Shown: positions 1-12,901 of the stretch, piece by piece
Layout: each line of letters opens with the position of its first letter
Position numbering within the stretch: position 1 is the stretch's first letter
Assembly: GCF_026210795.1 (NCBI RefSeq)
Contig: NC_089429.1
Location: forward strand, 2,294,001-2,358,000
Source of the DNA: Rhizophagus irregularis
Taxonomy: Eukaryota
Length of the DNA stretch: 64,000 nt
Reading direction: 5' to 3'
Position numbers and translations under genes: made by a program
The notes under the pieces: model-generated
Told to the model about the DNA's origin: nothing
The model's database searches: none
The model's input: only the letters and a program-made list of their open reading frames with translations

Positions 1-48
1 TAATTTAAATTATATGTGAATTTTACATAAATATAATAAACTACTTAC

Positions 49-710
49 GATCTAAAATATTAAATAATTTTTTAAAGAATTTAGTTAGTTAAATTATATA
101 TAAATATAGTAGCTAATAGAATTAAATAAATGACAAACTTACACCCTATAGTATTATTAATGTTAAATTATAATCAATTAGATCAATTAGATAAAATATT
201 ATAATTGTATATAAAAATTAAATATATATGGTAACTTACAATCTAATTATTTAAATAAATAATATTATTAATTTAAATTATATGTAAATATTTTAAATTA
301 ATATAAAATTAAATACTTACTTTCTATTACATCATAATTATTAAGCAATTATATTAATGAAAAAAATTAGTTATTTGAAACATTTATATAAAATACAATA
401 AAAATAAATAGCTATTAACTTACCAACTATAATAACATTAATAAAATAAATTATTTGATTATATTTAGAAATAAATAATTCAATTATTATAAATACAGTT
501 AATTTAAAATTTTAAAAATTATTTGTTTATAATTTACAAGCTACAATATTATCATTAAATTTTTCTGAATAAGTTTACATACTTTTGTCTTCCTCGATTT
601 CTGAAACTAGTTTAAATTTGTTTTAAAAAGTATTTAGAATAATTTCAAATTTATGTTAGATATCTATGTTCATGCTATATGCTTTTACCTTTGCCATTAC
701 TTTGACCCAT
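49..710 (-). CDS. 5' part of a microexon-array gene (continues past the left edge); predicted N-terminus MGQSNGKEIEEDK(TF)ENWY...
   Basis: ATG at 710 with an in-frame stop upstream. Exons 710-689 and 600-583 (18 nt) are followed by 3-nt exons 540-538 CTT, 426-424 TTG, 323-321 AAA, 242-240 ATT, 145-143 GGT and 51-49 ATC. Each 3-nt exon sits between TAG and GTAAGT (GTAAAT for CTT). The spliced frame is open. Confidence 0.75.
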
Positions 711-2152
711 TACTGAATAATATTATTGGAATTCTTCCTGAAAATCATAGGTAAATACAATTAAGCGCCTTTATTCGAGCATATATAGTTATTTGTGTAA
801 TTTGTGTAATATTATTTATGCAAAATGCAGATGCCAAGATTTCGGTTCCAGATATAGTTAACTAGTGTAACAGAACCGTTAGATATTATTTGATAAACAC
901 TATGACAAATTAAATGGTAATTACTAAATTAAAAAACTTTCTTGTCGATCATTTAACCAAAAATCTTACAAAGAAAAAACCAAAAGTTCTATGAAAGAGT
1001 TAAAATTATACTTACACGAGTCTTTTTTTCACTCCTTTTATTGTAGGTTATATATATTTTGTTGAAAATATTGACCAAAGACAATTTGAGAAAAGCGTTG
1101 AATATTCTGAAAAAATGAAAAAAAAGGTTTACATTTCTTTTGATACAAAATTCAAACAGGAGTATCAAGCGTCAGTACAATAGTGCACTGTGCAAATTTT
1201 GTTATGAAGTAAAAGAGGATGGGCATATGAAAAAGTTGCTCAAAGTATATAATAAATAAAGATCAGGCAAGTCGCAGATATAAAGGATAGCATGATATCA
1301 TAAGATTTTCCACTACGCGTCTACACCTAGTGTACCTTGCGGTTCCTGAGAGTTGTTACTTAGGAAAAGAGTTTTGTCATAACTACGAGACTTTTCTGGA
1401 AGAATAGGCGATATTATTTATAAGTTTTAGTTTTTTTTTAGTTTTTAGATTTTTTGTTGTTTTTTTTATTGATACAGACATACAGTTTAATTTAGTTTAA
1501 CACTATATAGTTAGGTTTGGTGTCTTGTTTAGTTGTTTTATCTTATTTTAAATAGTTCTAGTTTAGTTGCAGTATAGATGTACTGTATATTTTCATAGGT
1601 CTACATCGCTGATGTTAGACACTTAAAGTATAGTCCTTGATTATTTGAAAAAAAATAAAAAAAAATTTTTTTTTTTGTCGTGAAACAAAACGAAGGACTA
1701 TACATGTTTATGAGCATATTGGATCATGTGGTAAAGTCCATTTGTCACGACATCACGTCATCACATCACAAATTTTGTGCTACAAAAAAAAAATGCATTG
1801 CAAGTGTTACATGATCTACATGTTCATTTATTTATTTGGGGTCAAATAGGTAGTATTACATAAATCGGGATCTTAGTCATCTTACCACACTATCGAGAAG
1901 AGGAAAAGGTCAAGATAGGAAGAATAAACTATGAACGTTTTATAGCGCCAAAAATATTTTGCTGAACTCCGAAATATTAAGAGATTATGTAACACCTAAA
2001 GTCGAATAATTGAAGAATATTTTTGTAAGTTGCGGAGAAGAAATTGAGTGGACTGCAATAAAAAGGAAGCTTATGAAGATACAAGAGTTAAACAAGTGTT
2101 GGAAATGAACTTGGGATTGAGCAATTTTAAAGAAATTGATAGCTCTTTGGAT

Positions 2153-2592
2153 TAGGGATTGGAATCAATTCCCATTATTAGAATCGATTCTAAAATCGAT
2201 TAATCGCGATTAATCGTTTCGCAAATACCGATTTTTTTTATACTGTTTATAATAGGTGTGTTTAAACACATATCACGTGATTACAAAAATTACAGTGATC
2301 GACGAACAAATTTCCTTTTTTGGAAATTTGTACAACCTTGTGCGATGGCAACTTGAATTTTATTGGGAGATAAAATTTCCTTTTTAGGAAGTTTGTGTTC
2401 TGTCACGTGATTCGCGGGCGGAATTATGAATTTGGCCAAAATTAACTATTTTGAACAAATAATAATTTACGGTCAAATTAACGAAACTGCGCCACAATAA
2501 GTAGATTCGATTTTTATTCGAGATTCGATTTAAAATCGATTCTTATCGATTTTCGATAGTTTCAATTTTAATCGAATCTTTTCCGATCCCTA
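2153..2592. mobile_element. hAT-type MITE (440 bp)
   Basis: TIR TAGGGAT(T/C)GGAA at both ends; perfect 8-bp TSD CTTTGGAT (2145-2152 and 2593-2600); subterminal AATCGATT repeats. Confidence 0.9.
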
Positions 2593-2777
2593 CTTTGGAT
2601 CTACATAAAAAATTAATAAAGGCGGCAGAATTACACGAAATGAGTTCACAAAAAGAGTAAAATAGGAAAATAGGGGAACAGACGAAACATTAAGATAAAA
2701 TAGCCACTAAGAATGCAATGGAAAAAGAATATAAAAAGAGATGGATAAGGAATAGGTTGAGTAAAGTGCGTTATTTT

Positions 2778-3065
2778 AATCCTAGTTGAAGTCACGTGAT
2801 TTCACGTAAAAAATTATCTACCCAGAAAATTTTTTCACCCCACGTGACCCTAAATAATTTGTCACCCGTGTCACTTTTTATAAGTCTTGGACTTAGATTT
2901 TTTTAGGTGTCTAAAATCCTCTTTGTCACACGTTATTCGTCACATGGTTAATTTCTTAATTCCAGCCAAATCTCATAATGCCGGCCAAAGTCACGTGGGG
3001 TGAAAAATTTTCTAGCGATACTGGGGTAGATTAAAAAATTTTCCAACATAAATTAGTTGGGATTA
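2778..3065. mobile_element. Degenerate MITE-like inverted-repeat element
   Basis: Internal inverted repeat: tctacccagaaaatttt..cacccCACGTGAC (about 2817-2848) pairs with GTCACGTGgggtgaaaaattttct..gggtaga (about 2989-3030). Ends are poorly defined. Confidence 0.5.
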
Positions 3066-3470
3066 TTATTATCTTTTTATTTGAATGTAGTTTATTTTTT
3101 TATGTATAATTTTTGTAATTTTAATCATACATCATCTATTTAGTAAGGTTCGTTATGTAATAGGAAATGGTACTACAACGTTACTATATGAGGTAACGGT
3201 TTTGGTATGGAGGGAGACAAAGGTTTTGTCAAACTCAAGGTGTGCTTTATAGATTTTGTATTTTCTTTATCATATAAATAATAAAGTGTGTCATTTACCA
3301 AAAAAAAAAATAAAATAAAATAAAATTTGTGAAAATATAAATAACTCCATAAGTATTAATTGTATTTTCATGAAAATTGAGATTTGAACCTGTTGAAATT
3401 TTCACTTAAAAAGGAAGTGATTCGCTTTGAATAAAGTGTTCAAACTATGTTTTAAAATATATGCAAACTA

Positions 3471-3903
3471 TAGTCAGAGATAAACCGATTTTGACTTACC
3501 AAATCCACGTATAATTAATTTTACTACTATATACTGATTTTATTATAAATTTCGCGATATAGCTATTAAGCTATACCGATGTTAAGTTATATTGTATTAT
3601 TCGCGATAAGCCGATACCGATTTTTTTTTCTATATACCAATCATCGTTATAAAAAAGTTTTCACCAAAGAGAGTAAGATAACAGATGTAAGTTAAATATC
3701 TCGCCCCTTTTATTAACTCTTTTATTATCGTTATGTCTACAAATAAGCGTGTTACTTTATCTGTAGCTCAAGTTTTATAAATATAGTATAATAAATAAAG
3801 CGTCTATTATAAAAAAAAATTTATATAAAAAATTTACATATTAAGTTCGGATATTTATTTTACCGAACTCTCGGTATAACGACCTAAATCAGGATTCTGA
3901 CTG
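3471..3903. mobile_element. Degenerate Tc1/pogo-type MITE
   Basis: Short TIR (Y)AGTCAGA/TCTGACTG flanked by TA on both sides; internal (t)accgat repeats. Confidence 0.45.
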
Positions 3904-4208
3904 TATAATATTTGTTTATACTATTTAAAAATAATTATAATTGTGTATCTACGTGTGAAGAAAATCAAACAGATATAATAATGATATATTTTGTGTAATA
4001 TAACCGATCAGGGGTGAAAGAAGCTTATGAAGCCTATTCGCCACAATAGTCTACTTCAGAATTGATTGGGGATAGTCGATCAATCAATTCTTCCCAAATA
4101 AGTAGATCAAGTTAAAAATATGTACGTTTATTTATGCTATTTTTAAAATAGTTTAAAAGTATAAATTATTTAATTATTCATATTAAAATATGGTAAATCT
4201 CAAACTCC

Positions 4209-6122
4209 AAATATATACAGATAATGTGGGAGTGTATAATACGTGGACGAAATTATTTTTAGAGGAGGAGTTAATTTGGTCAATTCGTCGGAATTAGAAT
4301 ATTAATTCAGTAGTATTATGGAAAATGATTTATAAATTTGTTAAGGGCAATAATTTAATTGTATCGATAAACAAAGTAAAATCTCACTCAAAGAACCGAG
4401 GAAATGCAAAATGAGCATATCTAGTTATGATGACAAAGATAAAATTTTTATTAATAGTGATAACGATGTAACGTGTGAATATTTGGTGTATTGGAGAGGT
4501 TCAATGATCGGGAAAAGCCCGAGAGAATTCATGAAAGAAATTAATCAATATAGGTATAAAGCGGAATGGCTCGCGCTTGAGATCAACAGATCAATGAATA
4601 TAGCAGTAGTTGATATTGATTGGAAGTCAACATTAGATATAATTATGAAAGAATTTAAATAGGATACATCATTGATTAATAATGAGCGTGCGTGCAGCAT
4701 ATAATTTAAAAACTTTTTTTAGAAATTTTACCAGTGATGGGTTGTTAAACAAACGTAATCCAGAAATTTACCCTATAAAAAATAAATGTCCGGAAAATGT
4801 CTACGAAAATGTCCGGAAATTGTCCAGAATAAATCTGGCATGTCCAGAAATTGTCCAGAAAATGTCTATTTTTTTGCTACAAATTTGATACCTAAAATTT
4901 TGACATATCCGGACTTTGTACAGAATATATCCAGAATTTGTCCAGTATAAAATTTTGGACAAATTCCGGACAGATAAACCTGGACAAATTCCGGACATAG
5001 TAAAAATTCAGATAATTTGAATTGGACAAATTCCGGATATGAAAAAATTCTGGACAAATTCTGGACGCTACTTCCAAAAAAGGATAAATTAATTTTGTAA
5101 AAAAATGCAAAAAGCACAAGACTGACATTCATAACCTTCTTTGTCATACTAATTAAATTTGCTGAGCAGGCAAAAATACTATATATCTATGATATAAAAC
5201 TTTAGGTTAAAAGCAATTATAATGATGGCCACCTGTTGATCATCTTTTTGTGCCAAATTTTATGAAAAAATATTTCAGGTCAATTTCCGGACAAATTCTG
5301 GACAAAATGAGTGTCCGGAAACGAGTGTGTTTTTGGAACAATTTCCGGACATGGTACCTGGCATTTTCTGGACATTTTCCGGACAATTATTTAGACAAAT
5401 TTTCCGGACAATTTCTGGACATTTTCCGGACACTTGTGTGTTCGATGTAAAATGACTTAATGACTTATGAAAATTGGATACATATTTGGATGTGCAGAGA
5501 AATAGTACGACTATCAAATTATTAACGCGGCATATGAAAGTTAACAGAGTCCAGAAAATACGGGATTCAAGGTTGATCATAGGTTACATGCGAATTTGCT
5601 TTACATATTGAATGAGAGATCCTAATTATTTTTAATGGTAGAATATTTCGTGAAACAATTAAGGGGATTATTAATAATAGGCATTCAAGAAAAAGTCTTT
5701 AAAGATGCAGTTAAAGAATTTGTATTGGAAATTAAGGAGTTAACATACAAATTCATTTGGATACAAAGATGTGAAGAAGTGAGCATGATCAAGGCATCAC
5801 GAAAAATATGAAAAGGAGGGGGAAAATAATCAATCTAGGATACCATATTGTGGAGTTAACGATCAAACTAAACATAAGATAGATGGATTGGTTATACAGT
5901 AATATAGAATGGGTAGTCGTTAGATTTATCTGATTTATGGAATTATCATAACTTTATAGTATTTAGAAGTTCGAATTATACAGCAAATTATTCAATTTTA
6001 TATTAGGTTTATTTTATTTTTACTGTAAGATAGATACTTTATTGATAAGATGTTTTGGCGTCTATATTATAATCAATTATGTTGTATAATTATTATAATA
6101 CTAATAAAGCTAAAAAAAAAAA
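4209..6122 (+). mobile_element. 5'-truncated, decayed non-LTR retrotransposon (LINE)
   Basis: 16-bp TSD GTAAATCTCAAACTCC at 4193-4208 and 6123-6138; AATAAA at 6103 and poly(A) at 6112-6122. ORF2 C-terminal remnants include ..AEW..IDWKST.., LLNKRNPEIY, a CVRC..ENWIHIWMC zinc knuckle and IWIQRCEE. Confidence 0.85.
4783..5436. mobile_element. TIR element with many subterminal GTCCGGA/GGACAA repeats, nested in the LINE
   Basis: Left end taaatgtccggaaaatgtc is the reverse complement of right end gacattttccggacacttg; it splits the LINE peptide between EIYPIK and CVRCK. Confidence 0.75.
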
Positions 6123-6339
6123 GTAAATCTCAAACTCCGTTACTGCGGACAATGCTGTCTTACATTTTAAAAAATTTTCCTTTAAGTTGATAGTTTATTT
6201 GGTTAGGTTTGGATCTTATTTTTTTTTAAAAAAAAATAATCTTTACATTACGATAAAACAGGTATTCAACTTGTTTTTTTCTTTTTTTAACAGTTAAATT
6301 GCGAAATATTATAGTTTGTTAATATTTATTTCTTTTGGT

Positions 6340-8060
6340 TTTAACGAATGGGACTGTCGAAAAAGCAATTGCATTAATAGAACCATAGAAGATGCTACCG
6401 AATGACAACAGCATAATATATAATGTTATTCTTTAAAGGGTTCTTAGTGTTTTGATGCTCCAATAAAGATAGAGAGAATGACTAAAATACAATTTACATT
6501 AATAATTACAAAAGAATGATAAATCGCTGTAATGTGTAAATAGATATGTATCCCGAGCACGATTTCTAGAGTTTCTAGCCATACTACAACACTCTCCTCA
6601 AGACCGTTATCCAACGACGTTGTTCCGATCTCGCTTGATACTGCTACAGTAATATTTTTAGCAATAAAGTTTTTTTCAGTTATAACTTTTGATTTATTAG
6701 TAGTTTTAAAAATAATTTAACATTCGATTTCATTTCCACAATCAGCTTTGGTATCTCGTCATTCGCAACCAGCCGATGAATAAGAATATACCAAAGAAAG
6801 TAGACTAGAGCAGTGAAAGCAACGGAGGAGGCTAGATGTTGAAATTCGAGCCTCGTAATAGAGCATTGTTGGCGATCAAAGAAGATCGGATAAGGAATAA
6901 ACAACGAAAATATAATTGGCACATGAGCGGGAATAAAGAAAGTAATATTGGTATAAGCATTCCAGTTGCTTCTCAACCTGAAACTTCCTCAAAACCTTCA
7001 CAGAATACTGCTCTTATTCAGATACATTTGTCAACTGGTCAAGCTATTCGTGAAAAATTTTCCTCATCTACGAAATTTCTAATTTATTTGGATGAGTATC
7101 TAATGAAGAATGAGCCAAGTATAAAATTTCAATTGATGTTACCATTACCTAGAAAGGTATTTAAGATGATCAGATGGCGCAGATGTTGGTTTGGCACAAA
7201 ATACTTCTTTGAATGGATATTTCGTCACAACAACCGTAACTGTCAGCAATGAAATCAAGGACTACAAATATTTCAAAAATTTCAAATAGGAGATTAGAAA
7301 TTGAATCTGATGATGATGATACTGATGATGACGACGATGACAGTGAGGCGATGATGGTAGTAGTCAAAGACATGTGATGGGGATTTCGCAAGCTCCGTCA
7401 CAGATTTGTGATCCAAAACAATATTCCGCCTAATGTTCCTTTTGCCGCAAGTACCACTACAAATTCCTGTGATCCCGAATAATGTTTCGCGAAATTTTCC
7501 TCCAAATTTTGGACAACCTCCACGAACAGTACATCACGGATATTGGTGTGGCTAATTTACGAAGTTAGTTCATCGGAATTTCCGATTTAAATTATTAAAA
7601 AAAAGAACTAAAATTTTATAATTTATGATTTACAAGAACTTACACACTTAAGCAAAACAAGGATTAAAAATGAATCTTTACGAATAATTGGTAATTCTGC
7701 ATTTTCCATAGGAGTTTAAAATATCTTACCGTTGGATACACGTGTTACAGATAAAGATGTAAAAGAACTTTAAGGTAAATTTTATTAACCTTTTATTATC
7801 AGTATTTGACCTGATATATTCGATCTAAATTTTTTTTTTTTAGTACAGGACTTTCAAAATTAACATTTTTGAATTTGGATTATACGAAAGTTTCTTTATC
7901 TTGTAAACAAATTCTGAGCTGGTAAAAAGATATTTTGTTTAATTAAAAGAGATTATAAATATCAAAATTAATAATTTATCATTTTTGTTTTTTTTAGAAA
8001 TGTCTCAATTACTTACAGGGATTATCAAAGGATTCTGTAATGATGACGATGATGAATAGT
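6340..8060 (+). pseudogene. Decayed UBA-coiled coil-UBX gene with a C-terminal LRR-like region
   Basis: UBA-like remnant near 6350-6405 (AIAL..RTIEDATE); UBX-like ALIQIHLSTGQAIREKFSS..LMLPLPRKVF in ORF 6836-7252; LRR-like fragments such as GLSKLTFLNLDYTKVS, separated by short introns. Multiple frameshifts and stops. Confidence 0.6.
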
Positions 8061-8792
8061 CAAAGAATCAAATATGCATATAATATAATAATAATAGAAT
8101 ATTTATGATGGCCTATTTAACTATATCTAACTATATCCGTATATTATTAAATAAGAATTAATATTAAGCTCTTTAAATATAATCGAAACTTTTGCAACAA
8201 TAATTTCAGTTTATCATAAATATTGCGTACAGTACTTCAATGTTAAACTGCAAACATAAATATTTGCGCTCTCCTCAATCTGTGGCAATCTTAGTATTTA
8301 TGAACCGTTGTTCATTCGATAATACATCATAAAACTCGAGTATTGGCTAAAGTTTTCATTGATGCACCCTGGAAGCCTAGAGAGTCCCTTTCTTGGTTTA
8401 TAAGGGTCCAGTATATTACGACCATTACGTTATACTCATATGGCAAAAAATAGAGATCATTTTTTTTCGTTAATCTTTTTATTTTTTCAAATTCTGCTTA
8501 AAAATATCCGTTAGAAAGCCAAAGTTTCTGGGTTTCAAATAAACTTTAAAGAGGCATAATATAAATAAAGTTTACAACGAAAAATTACCATATGAAGTTA
8601 ACAATAGTTGCGAATTCTCTAAATAGTTTTAAAGTAATTTATATCAAAAAATTATCGAGCATTATTTATTCAAATCCAATACCATTTTATTTTTTTTCAT
8701 TATCTTAAATGTATTTTTTCCTTTAAACCTAAATACAAAATATTTCATATTTTGTGAAGTGATAATTAGATTATTATAATTTTATAATGAAA

Positions 8793-9330
8793 CTAGGCGT
8801 ACCCAGTCGCGTTGCGCCGGGAATAGGGCTTGCCCATCAAGCTAAGAAAGTAATAATAACATATTTATATTTTTATTTGGTATGTGTCTATGTGAATAGG
8901 TTTGGTTTTACTACTATTATTATAGTGGTATTAGTAAAAATAAATGTAATAATTAATTTATATAATTTATGTGTTTATGCAAATAATAGTGAATTGTGTG
9001 TGAATGTTATATATGAAATATTCTTATTAAATGCAAATTTTATGCTTAAAGTTTGTCCTTGTGATTTATTAATTGTCATTGCGACATGTATAGGAAATTG
9101 ATGCTAATTCAAAATAAAGGGTAGTTTACTTTCTGACGCTGTTAATGTGATACATGGAATAAATACACATTTACCAGTGATCCTGCTATGATTTCAGCAT
9201 CAATGACTTGACTTTGAAACAACAGATCAATCTAGTTCCATTGCAGATGCCTTCAGATGGGTTTAAATTTTGTGGAAGTATAATTGATATTCCTAACTTT
9301 AACTTCAATTCATCATGAGGAAGTTTAGGA
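8793..9330 (-). mobile_element. Helitron 3' end with decayed Pif1-family helicase C-terminus
   Basis: Minus strand ends in a GC-rich hairpin (8802-8821) then CTAG|T. Upstream translation gives ELKLKLGISIILPQNLNPSEGICNGTRLIC, GKCVFIPCITLTASESKLPF and QFPI..AMTINKSQGQTL, which match Pif1 helicase motifs. Confidence 0.85.
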
Positions 9331-10667
9331 ATTTTTAAAATCTTAAAGGTGAATAAAGTTGTACCACTTTTGAATTAAATAGTAAGACATTTAAGTTAAT
9401 CAAATTAATTGTTGGAAATGGAATACCAAATCTTTCTTCTAGACTATGACGAGTGTTATTCTTTGTTTGTTTCCCTTCAACCCAATTAATATTAAGATCG
9501 TAATCTTCTGAATTGTATGATCTTATAATTTAATTCATTAATAACTCTACGAGTAGCCGTAAAAAATTGGGTTATACAGGAAATTTATTTTGAATTTTAA
9601 AAATTAAGTAGACCTTTATCAAAGTATTTCCATTTATGTAAAATTAATAAAATAACTCTTTCAAGCAATTTCTTAACATCCTCAACCACTTTTTTATCTT
9701 TTAAGTTGAAAGTAATTATTTATTACCATTTGCTCCTGTTTTACAACTAACTTTTTCTACAACCATTTTGATCAGAATTAAATGATGGTAAGTTTGTTTT
9801 AAGATTAAATTTAGCCGTATGATATCCATCTGAAGAATCAACCATCTTGTTGACTATAAACAGCACGATGTGAATTTGTTATTTTAAATCTTTGTTACCT
9901 AAAATCTTTTGATGCGGTAATAATTCAAAGGAGTAAAAGCAAATTTTAAATGAACCTGATCATTCTTTTTTAATTTATGTTACAATATTATATAGCGTCA
10001 AAAGGAATGCTTAAGTGTAATATTTTTTTGTCGGGTGAAGAAATTTTTTTTTCGATAACGACAGGATTTAAAATTTTTTTTGATTAAAATAATTAATATT
10101 TAATTATTTTTAAGATTACATGAATGTACTTTTTCATCGGAACATTAGAAACTTCATTATATTTTTTTTTTTAATTTTTTTGTATCAAATTTTTTTTATT
10201 GGTAACACGTATTTCTTTCTTCAAATACTGTGAAAAGTAACAAACATTATAAATAAATTTTCATTTCATACATTGAAGAATGCAACTCAGATATTGTTCC
10301 AATGTTACAACTTACAATTTGACAATCAAACATCATTATCATCATTAGTTCTCGCAGATAATTGGATTTGGCTTTTTAATTATGATTCTATCTGTTCAGA
10401 AAATTTTTATAACAATCTAGGACATGATTCAATGACCATTGCTTGCTTCACAATATTTACAATTTGCACAGCTAATTATTTGATTTTTCCATTTTGCATA
10501 GTTTGTTGTCTGGAGCAAAGAATAGGACATTAGACTTTTAGGAATTCATGTGAAAAATGGATTAGTCACGTGAGGATTTTGTCACGTTATCAATACTGTA
10601 ACGATCGATCGATCACGTGACCAGAATTCAATTTAATCACGGGATTGTCGATCTATGTTTCAAATGT

Positions 10668-10830
10668 TACGAAGGTTACGAATGTTACGAATGTTTGATA
10701 TGTTTAACATATTTAACATATGCAACATATTAAATATGTTCAACATATCAAATATATGCAACATATCAAATATGTTTAATTTATTAAATATGTTTAATAT
10801 ATGCAATATGTTAGATATATTTAACATTAA
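10668..10830. repeat. Degenerate 9-bp tandem repeat (gttacgaat / aacatat units)
   Basis: Visible repeated 9-mers. Confidence 0.6.
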
Positions 10831-11469
10831 TTAATTAGAGTAAAATAATTATAAATAGTGGAGCATTTGTAGCAGAACGAAATGTAGTTGAATGAAGTTC
10901 AAGTAGAAGAGGTTTCTTAATAAAATGGTTCTAATGATTATATTAAATAAACTGTTGTTTGAATTTAACAAAATATAAATTTGTTATCCTTTATTCGTGT
11001 TGGGAGTATATGCCGACGTACAGTGCTATACTACACGTCTGATTGGATTGTTTATTATGATAAGTGTTTATACATATAGTTTATTTATTGATTATACCCG
11101 CCTACCTATATACCTTCTGCTTACCCTTTTCCATTTGTTTACGTTTGTAAACGCTAAAGAACTGGCTATAACAATACGCTAGTAAAATCGCGAGATGTAT
11201 AGTGAGAATAACAAAGTTATACAAAGGAAAAATGATGAAATTTTATACTGCCTGCGACGACAGATTTTATTATATTTAATTTATTACATTTATTGATTAA
11301 TAAATTTCTCCGTTTCCTAATGTATATAAAATTGATGTATCAATTGATAACTGAAATAAATCATTATTAGCTATTTTTATGAGAAAGAAATTGTTAATAA
11401 ATATATTTTTTTTTGATTGATATTTATTAAGATCTTTTTTTTTTAAATTTTAAAAACTTAATAATAATT

Positions 11470-11936
11470 TAGTAGGAAATCAGATATCGGAATGACTTCT
11501 AGGATGGACAAAATTTTCAACCTAACTTATATAATGGACAATAAATTGTCTAATATACGAATATATAACGAGTTATCTATAAATTTATTGTGTGAGTTAA
11601 TACTTGTTAACAATAATTATAGGTAAATACAAATATTAAAAAGTGTATAATGAGGCAGTTAATAAAGAAGCCTCCTGATACAAATTTAATAAGTTCAATT
11701 ACCATTCATTATTTTTATATATAATATTAAGCAAGTATGTAATGTATTATTGTCCGTTGTATCCTTTGCATATTGAATATACCAAAATAAACAATTTTTT
11801 TAATATTTTTGGTTATACCTAAGTGACTTGGAGTATTCATTTCCATGATAATAACATTTTACCTCATTATTATTAAAGAAGTAAATAAAACAGGTACAGG
11901 GCTAGATTTTAATTTTAACGTAGGTCTATGCTCATA
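11470..11936 (-). pseudogene. Internally deleted third copy of the Cys-rich kinase gene
   Basis: 11740-11936 encodes LKLKSSPVPVLF..GNEYSK..QKY..NCLFWYIQY with frameshifts. It abuts sequence matching the kinase 3' flank (ctaggatggacaaaatt.., caataattataggtaaatacaaatatta). Confidence 0.8.
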
Positions 11937-12901
11937 ATTTTGTATATCAAGAAAATAGAAATTTAAAAATATAAAGCGATATTTATGTTTTATGAGGATA
12001 CAATAACAAAGTATAATTCTACAGAACTTTTCTTTAAAGAATCAAGGATATTCAAGGATATTCTATATAGAAATTCTATGTTGCAGAAATCTATTCGTTG
12101 ACGATTAGAAATTGTAATTTATTTTAAAAAGTACAACTCAAAAATTAATTGATTATTAAATAATAAAAAATTAACTTTTCTTAATAAGCTCAAAACGTAT
12201 TGTTTATTAAGCTGATTAAAAAGAGGTATTAAGGCTTATGCAATTATATTATGTTATCATAGATTACATGAATGTTCAAAGATAAAAAATAAATAAAATA
12301 TTATAAAATGTAAATTGTATAGAAACACTTGTACAGATCACGATATGTAGTTGCTGGTATCAAATGATTCATCATTTTTATGGTAAAACCTTTGTGATTG
12401 GCCCGTTATGCTAAATTATACTTATCCAAACAGGAAGAAGATAGGTATAAATTTAGTTAACAAGTAGTATTAGGAATAAACCTTGATATATGTATCACTG
12501 CACCTCACATGTTTTGTTGTCATGCTAAAAATTGGTGGTACACTATTCTGTCGGAGTTTTTTAATCATAAATCACGGTTTTCAACAAAATTTAAATTCAT
12601 GTTGATTACAAATATATATTATGTAATTTGATTATTTTTTGGTTAAATTGAAGACCTGATAATAAATAAGTTAATATTAATTACACATAAAATTTTTAAT
12701 GGGTTCTTTTATGATTAGTTACAGGATATTTTTATTAGTGGATTTTATAATAATGTTTAACTTCTTTTAAAATACTTTCTATAATAATAATTAATTAAAT
12801 CATTTTTTTTTTTAATTAAAACTCAGATTAGCCAGTTAAGTTGACGGTTACTAGATAATACATCAAGATGTTAAAAAATACATTTTTTTTATTAATTATA
12901 A

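Noticed and set aside
1310..2760. Possible LINE 3' end with poly(A) near 1648-1665 and purine-rich coding-like remnant
   Set aside because: No TSD or diagnostic motif found.
4682..5580. Cluster of overlapping short ORFs (CPEFVQ-type peptides)
   Set aside because: Translations of GTCCGGA subterminal repeats of the nested element; only the first residues of the 4682 ORF are LINE-derived.
8787..9101. 104-aa hydrophobic ORF resembling a membrane protein
   Set aside because: Antisense to the Helitron 3' end and helicase remnant.
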